From contig OX597814.1 in NCBI GenBank assembly GCA_951406725.2, positions 85,374,001 to 85,438,000 of the forward strand: DNA of 64,000 nt. Reading direction: 5' to 3'. The stretch comes from Octopus vulgaris (lineage: Eukaryota). The notes beneath the pieces are model-generated. The model searched no databases. It saw only the letters and a program-made list of their open reading frames with translations, and was not told the origin of the DNA. Shown here piece after piece: positions 54,734 through 64,000 of this stretch. Numbering within the stretch: position 1 is the first letter of the stretch; each line of letters opens with the position of its first letter. A program made the translations under genes and the position numbers.

Positions 54734-54934
54734 CAGAGTCCACCAAAAAAAAAAAAAAAAAGATTACACACTTCAGGAAAGGAAAGATAAGTATAAATAT
54801 TTAACTTGTATAAGTACCTCTACAAATATAGATACCTGTTTCAATGTTTAATCAAATTGTAATAACACTGAATTAAAATATTTATATAGATTTTTCTTTC
54901 CTGAAGTGTGTATACATTTTTTTAACAGACTCTC
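54734..54934. mobile_element. Tc1/mariner-type MITE (copy 1)
   Basis: TIRs cagagtc...tacacacttcaggaaag / ctttcctgaagtgtgta...gactct, with TA flanks. Confidence 0.8.
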
Positions 54935-55370
54935 TATATACACAGAGATGTACATATACATCCACACAGATATAACTATGTGGTTAAAAATTTGTATGGA
55001 AATTATAGTTTGAATAAATGTTTCCAGTCATCTCAAGATCTAGGAATGAAAATGGAAAGGTGAAATCTGAACAGATGAACATTAGACTGCACCTCTTCTT
55101 GGTATGTTTAGCATATTCCACTTTATAAATACATGCACACACACACATACACACATATGCATGTATGTATGTGTATGTATATATTTAAAAGTCTTTGTGA
55201 AAATTGATATAGTTCTACCAAGTATGAAAAAGATGTTTAAAAAAGTTTTTTTTTTTTTAAAGTTGTAAATTCTTTATTAGAATGTCACTAACTTTTTTAG
55301 AAATTTCTTTCTAGTGTGTGTGAGCACTTTTGACTAGACTATCTTTTTAAAGACATGTATTCTTGGATAA

Positions 55371-55420
<50 letters not shown>

Positions 55421-55421
<1 letters not shown>

Positions 55422-56700
55422 GACTGATGCTATATTTCTGGCAGCTGCAGAAGAAATATATACCCAAAGATGAACCTCTGGACTTGGCTTTTGTTGACTT
55501 GGAGAAAGCCTCTGACAGGGTCTCCCAATCCCTTACCTGGTGGTCAATGCAGAAACTAGAGATAGCCAAGTGGTTGGAGAGACCTGTAAAAACCATGTAC
55601 AGGGACACCACCAGTAAGGTGAGGGTTGGTAACAAGTACAGCGGAGGTTTCAGGGTACAAGTAGGGGTTCACCAAGGATCAGTCTTCAGCCCCGCTCTTG
55701 TTCATCATAATCCTCTAGGCAATAACAGAGGAATTTAAAAGACAGGTAGCCCCTGGGAGCTCCTCTATGCTGATAACCTTGTTCTTATAGATTAATCACT
55801 AGCAGGACTAGAGAAGAAGTTTCAGGTATAGAAGCAAGGTCTAGAATTGAAGGGCCTTAGAGTTAACCTAGCAAAAAAGTAAGTAGGAATGCAAATCACA
55901 AATACCTTCAGGTAGATGGCCCTGCTCAATCTGTAGAAAATGCCTAAGTAGAAACTCCATAAGATGTACCTGGTGTAAGCTATGGGCACATAAGTGAAGC
56001 AATATCAGAGGAAGGTTAACAAGGAAAATAGCTTTTGTGTGTGGAAGTTACACAGGTACAATAAACACCAGAAATGTACAGAAAATAGACTCCATCAACT
56101 GCCACTGGGGGCAAGCTAGAGGTAGTAGATAGCTTCTGTTATCTAGGTAATCAAGTTAGTAGCAGAGGTGGATGCTCTGAAAGCATAGCTGTGAGAATAA
56201 GATTGGGCTGGGAAAGGTTCAGAGAGCTCATACCTCTGCTAGCAACAAAAGGTCTCTCCCTCAGAGTGTAAGACATAGTATGATGACTGTGTGAACAGCT
56301 ATGCTGCATAGCAGTGAAACATGGGCTGTGATAGTCAAGGTCATGCATAAGCTTGAAAGAAATGAAGCTAGTATGCTTCGCTGGATGGGCAATGTCAGTG
56401 TGAATGTTTGACAAAGTATAAGCATCTTGAGAGAAAAATTAGGCATAAAAGGTATCAGTTGTGGTGTGCAAGAGAGATGACTGCACTGGTATGGTCATGT
56501 GATGCATATGGATGTGGATAGCTGTGTAAGGAAATGCTGATCTCTAACTGTGGAGGGAACCTGTGGTAGAGGTAGACCCAAGAAGACATGGGACAAAGTG
56601 GTGAAGCATGATCTTTGAACTTTGAGCCTCACAGAGGCAATGACCAAGACCTTTGGCATTATGTTGTGCTTGAGAAGACCCATCAAGCCAAGTAAAATCA
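55421..56700 (+). mobile_element. 5'-truncated, decayed RTE-clade LINE (reverse transcriptase pseudogene)
   Basis: TDAIF...LAFVDLEKASDRV...VGVHQGSVFSP...PWELLYADNLV...FCYLG...GRGRPKKTW with frameshifts and stops. Cys-rich insert WPCSIC...SIRCTWCKLWAHK. Confidence 0.95.
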
Positions 56701-57268
56701 CAGTTGAGGCAGATACTGGTGTCACACAAATGGCACCCGTGCTGCTGGAAGCACCCATTACACTCTCAGAGTAGTAGGCATTAGGATATACATACATATA
56801 TATATACATAGATATAATGAAGACAATCATGCAACATCAATATACATAACCATGAACTCTTTAACAAAGTCAATCTTATGAGAATGAAGGACAACTTAGA
56901 ATAACAAAACCCCAAGATAGAAAAGATTCACAGACAACAAGTATATCAAACATATATTTCAATCATCAGCTGCCTAATGGTTATCACTATAGTTTTAATC
57001 CCTGGGCTGTAGTATTCAATCCGGCAGTGACAACTGTGTTGAAAGCATAAACACTTCCTGGGATCCAATAGACGAGTAGCAAGAGCTAAACATTAGCATT
57101 GATATATCCATTACGTCAACATCTATCTACTATTACAAATATCAACATCAAATAGAAACAAAATCATATTAAACTTACTGCTACAAGACAATCAGATATA
57201 CCAACAGTGGCACAACAGATGAGCAGAAACTAACTGCGCTTCAGGTTTTTTATTGTTTTTTTCATATA

Positions 57269-57470
57269 TAGAGTCATTCATAAAAATGTATACACACTTC
57301 AAGAAAGTAAAATATTCTGTATAAATATTTTAATTCAGTGTAATTGCAATTTATTCAGTGTTATCATGATTTAATAAAACATTGAAAGAGGTATTTATAT
57401 TTATAGAGGTACTTATACAAGTAAAACATGTACACAGAATTTTCCCTTTCATTTTTTCTGGCAGACTCTG
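57269..57470. mobile_element. Tc1/mariner-type MITE (copy 2, inverted relative to copy 1)
   Basis: gaggtacttatacaagt is the reverse complement of acttgtataagtacctc in copy 1. Ends gactctg|TA. Confidence 0.8.
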
Positions 57471-57929
57471 TATAAATGAGTTTACCTTCAACTAGAAGGA
57501 AGTTTTAATGCAGACTAGGGGTCCTTCACTCTCAGAGATTCACGTGTTAGTTAACCCATATTTGGGTCCGTAACAGGTGCTACTACTCAGAGTCAGAGTA
57601 GACCTACGAACAATAGTAGCTAAGAGGTGGTTCCACACTCCTGAAAGCCCTGGAACTCCTGTGTCAGGTCTCCACTACCAAATTCAGTTTAAAGTCAGGC
57701 ACTCATGTGCACACACACACACAAGAGTTTCTTTCTACCAAATTATACTTACAAGGTAGAAGTCAACCCATGGTGCCATGCAGTTGGACTGAACCCAGAA
57801 CTAAGTAAGTCGTAATTGCAAAGTGAATTTCTTAATGACACAGTTATATCTGCATCTATCTCTTTATACTTGTATGTGTGTGTGTATGTATTTATCTCAC
57901 ACTCTCTACATAATAATATATATATATAT

Positions 57930-58288
57930 CTTTATCTTTTGTTTTGGTTGTTAGATTATGGCCATCCTGGGGCAACACACTGAGGTATTTTAGTTGAATA
58001 AATCAACTTATTTTTTAAGCTTGGTATTTATTCTATTGGTCTCTTATGTCAAACTATTAAGTTACATGGATGCAAGCACACCAACACCAGTTGTCAAGCA
58101 GTGGTGGAGGGGCGATAAACATACATACAATGGGCTTCTTTTAGTCTCCACTGGCCAAACCTACTCACAAGGATTTGTTTGGCCTAAGGTTATAGTGGAA
58201 GGCACTTGCTCAGGAAGCCACACAGTGGGACTGAACCCAGAACCAGGTGGTTGGGAAGCAAATTTCTTACCACACACCCATGCATGTG

Positions 58289-58290
<2 letters not shown>
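57930..58290 (-). mobile_element. Family A SINE
   Basis: Reverse-strand match (cagtgggactgaacccagaacc...tgggaagcaaatttcttaccacaca). Confidence 0.8.
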
Positions 58291-58328
<38 letters not shown>

Positions 58329-58391
58329 TATATATATATATATATATATGTACATATATATATATGTACATATATATATAGCCACACGTGC

Positions 58392-58440
<49 letters not shown>

Positions 58441-59381
58441 TATATACACACACAACATTTACAAAAGTATAAACCAATGAGGGAATGGTGGTGGGTAAGA
58501 GTGGTCGAGGTAGGGAGGCAATAATAGACAATGATGGTGGCAATGCTAGTAATAGTGGTGGTGGTGGTGGTGATGATGGAGGCAAATATGATGAGGTGGA
58601 GAGGATGGACTGAGCATCAGTAGCAGTAGCAGAACCAGGCAATATTGGTGCTGGTGGGTGATAATGATATTGCCTGCTTGTGCCGTATACCAAAGCTTGG
58701 GGCAGTACAGGCAGTGAAAAACCCACCTCCATTCCTTTTGCCATCATGCATTTAATAAGTATATTTAATCTCTTTAAAAAATATAACTATAAGAAATACA
58801 TAAACGAAAAGAAAATTTGATTAAAAGAACCTTAAATACATACGTATCACAAATTAATTTGAATAACGAATGTGAAAAATTATAGAGAAAATTGTTGTCT
58901 TGTCTTCTTTGCCTCTACTCCATAGCACCACCACCACTTCTACCACCAACATCAAAATGCTAGTTCTGGAAGTCACACTTCCCTTTTATGTTTTATATAG
59001 CCAACAGCCATCTATTAATTTTCCGTCACTGAAATGTGACAATATGTTCCCGCTTGCATTTGATACAATGCTGTTCCATAGAGAAAGATGGAAAACTTAT
59101 CACAGCTTATATAACTGCAGGATAAAATATCAGAGAGAAGCAATTCTCACAGACTGTATTTATGGGTGTGTGTGTGTGTGTGTGTGTTTTTCTGTGTATA
59201 TATGTGCATGGGTGGGGGGCTGCTTCTATGACTGTATTTATGCAGAATGCGATAATATTAGAAAATCTTGATAAAAAAGCTAAAGCTGGAAAAAAGAGTT
59301 GTTTTAATTTGTTTCAAAAAAAGTTATTCCTTACACATACAAATGCATGCACACATATATATAAATAATGTTTGCAATATA

Positions 59382-60025
59382 CGAGGTCTGATCAAAGAGT
59401 ATCTGGGCTGTTGCACAGTAACGAAGCTAAAGCACACAGAGTGAAGCTGCTTGGCAAAGACTGACCTTGAACTCTGCTGTGCATGAGCATTAAGTTTTAA
59501 TGTTCTAGCTCACTTCTTCTGTTTACAGCAGTGCTTGGAAGGAAAGTGTGTAGCATGTGATCGTCACATTGACCATGACAGAGAAAGTTGTCAGGGCAAT
59601 ACCTGCTCAGAGGCCTACGCAAAGTTGCAGAAAGTGTATGGAGAGGAGTGTATGAGTTGCATACAAATGTACAAGTGGTTCAGACGTTTCCAAGATGGCT
59701 GAAAAATGTCAATATTGATGAACGTTCTGGGAGACCCACAACCAGCAGAACTGAGAAAAACATCACAGATATGGGTGCAGCTTTGAGGGGAAATCGTTGA
59801 ATAATCATACATGAATTATCAGAGGATGTGCAAATTATATACAGGTCAGTTCAGTCCATTATCACTGAAGATTTTGGTATGAGATGCGTTTGCAAAGTTT
59901 GAGCCAAAACAGACACTTGGGTTTCATTTGCACAAGCTCTTGATTGTGTCAAGAATGATGAAAACTTTTTGAAAACTTTGTGTAGGCCTCTGAGCAGGTA
60001 TCGCCAAGCTTTTGGTAAAATTTGA
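59382..60025 (+). pseudogene. Decayed mariner element: left TIR and N-terminal transposase region
   Basis: TA|cgaggtctgatcaaa start. Translation SEAYAKLQKVYGEECMS..QMYKWFRRFQDG...DERSGRPTTS...VQSIITEDFGMR.V.AKF matches the mariner HTH domains. Confidence 0.9.
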
Positions 60026-60256
60026 CACACACATATGTAAAATGTATATACACACAAACATATGGTTGTATGGTGCAGGCATGGCTATGCAGTTAAGAAG
60101 TTCAATTCCAATGATGGGGTTTCAGGCCCTCAGTGTAGTACCTTGGGCAACTGTAATCTACTGAGGCTGTTGGCAGACCAAGTTCTTGTGAAGAGATTCA
60201 ATAGATGAAAACTAAAAGTAGCCGGTCATATACGCATGTGTGTGTGTGCATATATA

Positions 60257-60720
60257 CATGGGTTGGACAAAATAATGAAAACACCTAGCACCATAATATT
60301 GAAATATCTATAAAATCATCAAAAGCTTGTTTATTTTAATATTTTTTTTATTTATTATTAGTGTTGCTTAATATGTTTTGCTAAAATTGCTGTTTCTTTT
60401 CAGATATCATCAGTAAAAGGTAATCAAAATTCATTAAAATGACAGATCTATCAAACTTTCAAAGAAGTCAAATTGTTGGTGCTCGTATGTCAGGTGCTAG
60501 CGTAACAATAACAGCCGAAATGTTTGGTGTATCAAGAAGTACTGTCTCGAAAGTAATGCAAACCTTTGGGAAAGACGGAAAAACCTCTTCATCAAAGCAA
60601 AACTCCAGAAAGAAACCAACATTTTCAGATAGTTAGAAAGGATCTAACTTGTTAGAAATTTGTTAGAAAGGATCACAAAAGTACAGCTCCCAAAATATCC
60701 CAGAAACAGCAGTAAGACTA
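60257..60720 (+). pseudogene. Truncated Tc1-like element: left TIR and transposase N-terminus
   Basis: TA|catgggttggacaaaataatgaaaacacc start. ORF 60439-60636 MTDLSNFQRSQIVGARMSGASVTITAEMFGVSRSTVSKVM is a Tc1 paired-like HTH. Confidence 0.9.
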
Positions 60721-60734
60721 TCTTTCTCTTTATA

Positions 60735-61344
60735 AATGTCCTATAAATTCTACACAGATTTGGCTTTGTTGTCTCATTTTATTTAACACACATGCACACA
60801 TATACACACACACACCTCTATGTATATATCTACACCTCTATGCACACATATATGCATATATATATATATATATATATAAATATGTATGTATGTATATATG
60901 TATGTATGTATATGTATATATACACACACATATATATACATATACACACACATATATATATATACGCAAATATATCTACATATATAGTTACAATACTTAC
61001 ACATATATACTCACACACACATACATATATACATACAAACATACATATAGACAGACAGACATAGAAAAATTTTAAATAAGGGCAAAAGAAAAATTTTCTT
61101 TGCCAATATGCTGAAAAAAATAGACTTTAAATTGTCTAACTACATACGATATTTTCACTGTAATTATAGTGAAAATATTGTATGTGGTTAGACGATTTAG
61201 CGTCTATTTTTTCAGCATATTGGCAAAGAAAATTTTTCTTTTGCCCTTATTTATAATATTTGTATGTCTGTCTGTATGTATATATGTATGTGTGTGTGAG
61301 TATATATGGTTAAGTATTGTAACTATATATGTAGATACATTTGC

Positions 61345-61380
<36 letters not shown>

Positions 61381-61557
61381 ATATGTATATATATGTGTGT
61401 ATATATATACATATACATATATATATATATATATATGCATATATGTGTGTATAGAGGTGTAGATATATACATAGAGGTGTGTGTATATATATGTGTGTGT
61501 ATGTGTCAAATAGAATGAGACAACAAAGCCAAATCTGTGTAGAATTTATAGGACATT
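60735..61557. repeat. ~820-bp spacerless imperfect palindrome
   Basis: Outer ends aatgtcctataaattctacacagatttggctttgttgtctcatt / aatgagacaacaaagccaaatctgtgtagaatttataggacatt. Centre tattttcactgtaa|ttatagtgaaaata at 61163/61164. Confidence 0.97.
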
Positions 61558-61632
61558 ATAATTGTATTTATAATTTTCACCTTATAAGGTATTTTTCATC
61601 TGCTGGTCACTGATAAAATTTTATATTAGAAG

Positions 61633-61695
<63 letters not shown>

Positions 61696-61792
61696 TTATC
61701 TTTATCTAGTTTCAGCTCACGAGCTGTGGCCATGCTGGGGCACCGATGTATATATATACACACATACACACACACACACAAACATATATGTA

Positions 61793-62015
61793 CAGTAATC
61801 CTTCGACTATTGTAGGTGTTATGTTCCAAAACCCCCATGATAGGTGAAAATTTGCAAAGTAGTAACAGTACTGTACTGCATATTTTTTTTTCACTATTTT
61901 TATAATTTGCATATATTTATTTTATTATAAATGCAAAACAATAGTACGGAGGAATCGACGTAAGCTTAAATGATAAGCTGCGATAGGTGAAGTGTGTTAT
62001 GGAGAGGGATTACTG
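61793..62015. mobile_element. pogo/Tigger-like MITE
   Basis: TA|cagtaatccttcg...gagggattactg|TA. Confidence 0.85.
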
Positions 62016-62018
62016 TAT

Positions 62019-62074
<56 letters not shown>

Positions 62075-62130
62075 CCAAATAAAATCTTTTATCATTTTTC
62101 TTGAGAGATTGAGAAAATGAAAGTACACAT

Positions 62131-62522
62131 AGGTGCAGGAGTGGCTGTGTGCTAAGAAGCTAGCTTACCAACTACATGGTTCCGGGTTCAGTCCCACTGC
62201 GTGGCGCCTTGGGCAAGTGTCTTCTACTATAGCCTCGGGCAACTAAAGCCTTGTAAATGGATTTTGTAGATGGAAACTGAAAGAAGCCCTTCATATATAT
62301 ATGTATGTGTGTGTATATGTTTGTGTGTCTGTGTTTGTTCTCCTAACATTGCTTGACAACCGATGCTGGTGTGTTTACATCCCTGTAAGTTAATGGTTCG
62401 GCAAAAGAGACTGATAGAATAAGTACTAGGCTTAGAATGAACAAGTCCTGGGGTCAATTTGCTTGACTAAAGGCGGTCCACCAGCAGTCAGAAGGCTGAA
62501 ACAAGTAAAAGAATAAAAGAAT
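62131..62522 (+). mobile_element. Family A SINE, best preserved copy
   Basis: ggtgcaggagtggctgtgtgctaagaagc...ccgggttcagtcccactgcgtggcgccttgggcaagtgtc with CpGs intact; tail aaaagaataaaagaat. Confidence 0.9.
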
Positions 62523-64000
62523 CATACACACATAGATATATCATCAATATAGTATGTCTGTTTTTCCATGCTATAATAGGATGGATGAGTCACATCATAC
62601 AATGTCTATACTGTGGATTGGGAGTATTTCACAGTGTCACAAGTGTAAATACTAGAAAATGCTGTGGTATGCGGAGTCCACTCCATGTTCATATATCTTT
62701 TACATTTTGCTTATTTCAGTCTAGAGACTCTAGAGACATTGTTCCAAGCAAAGAGAGGTAATGAGTTCCTTCTGACTCTGTATCAGTTCTTATTCAAAAC
62801 AACTATCCCCTTAGACAAGTAGTCTGTGATGCACACAAATATGTACACACAAACGTGTGCAAATACACACACACACACTTGTACACAGACATATTTATGT
62901 CTTTGTGTAATTGTATGTAAATATGACTCTGAGTAAGAAGCTCACCCCTCAACTATGTAGTTATGGGTTTAAAATCACAACCTGGTACCTTGAGCAAATA
63001 TCTCCTACCATATCCTCAGATCAACCAAATCCTTGTAAATAATATTTGGTGGATGGAAACTGTGAGAAAGCCTGTTGGTGAGACTATTCATACTCTTGGC
63101 TGATAGGCTTAATTCATTGCATGGTTTTAATATCACCATCTGGCTCTTAGGTAATTTTTAGCAAAGTCTACTCTACTGCAAGCATTTGGGCCATGTCTCT
63201 GGTCTGAGCATAACATCCACCCTTTCTATCATCAGTTTTGGGGGCCCTGCAAACAACTTGGGCATTGCCCTTCCTTCTTCAAAACAAACAAACAAAAAAA
63301 CAAGATAACAAAAATCAGTCAAAAAGATAAATTGCAAGAGGGCTGCAAATGAGATTGAACTCATTTCCTCTGATTTATACATGCACACACACACACACAC
63401 ACACACAAGAAGTATAAAGACATTTGTTGTTTAGCCCTTTAGCATTCAGGTTACTCTGTCAAATGTAATGCTTATTTATTCATATTGTTTTGAATTAATC
63501 ATGCATTATCACATAGTTTTATGATTTCAATAATGTGGTTGCTTATTTTTAGAATGACATTGCACAGGGTAGGTGTGAGAGGCTAGATATGCCCAGTTTG
63601 AACAAAAAACAAGTAGCATATTTGGGCCAGATATGACTGCTTTAAATGCTAATGGGTTAGATATCACTGAAGGTTTCATCTTTTAATAGTGATTCTTGGT
63701 AACATTCTACACACTAGCAGGCATGGCTGTGTGGTTAAGAAGCTCACTTTGCGACCAAGTGGTTTTGAGTTCAGTCCCGCTGTGCGGCACACTGAACAAG
63801 TATCTTCTACTATAGACCAGGGCCAATGAGTGCCTTGTGAGTGAATCTAGGAACTGTGTGAAAGCCTCTAAAAATAAACTATTACATTGTTGAAATATTG
63901 AAATTACAAGATGGTTAATTCAAAACAATGTGAATAAATAAGATTACATTTGATCAGGGCTGTGGAGTTGAAACAAAAAACTTCAACTCTGACTCCGACT

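Overview
AT-rich, microsatellite- and SINE-dense animal genomic DNA. The repeat families are those I associate with Octopus (inference from recalled consensus sequences, not a search). The only host gene I can support is ERAL1, the mitochondrial Era-like GTPase, on the minus strand. It appears as three small GT-AG exons (45835-45962, 29099-29176, 9166-9212) that splice in frame and carry the G1, G2 and G3 motifs, separated by introns of about 16.7 and 19.9 kb. I could not find the first exon or the exons after 9166, so the whole window is probably inside this gene. The introns hold tRNA-derived SINEs, TTAA-, TA- and 8-bp-TSD MITEs, decayed mariner and Tc1 transposases, and RTE-, CRE- and probably Penelope-like retroelement fragments. 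The most notable structures are a spacerless ~820-bp palindrome (60735-61557), a TSD-flanked two-family SINE chimera, a TSD-SINE-TSD-SINE-TSD tandem, a rearranged tandem/inverted block (3085-4515) and several closely spaced inverted repeats that could form dsRNA in the pre-mRNA. I found no convincing new protein-coding system. Most ORFs in the track are microsatellite artefacts. Repeat boundaries were read by eye and are approximate.
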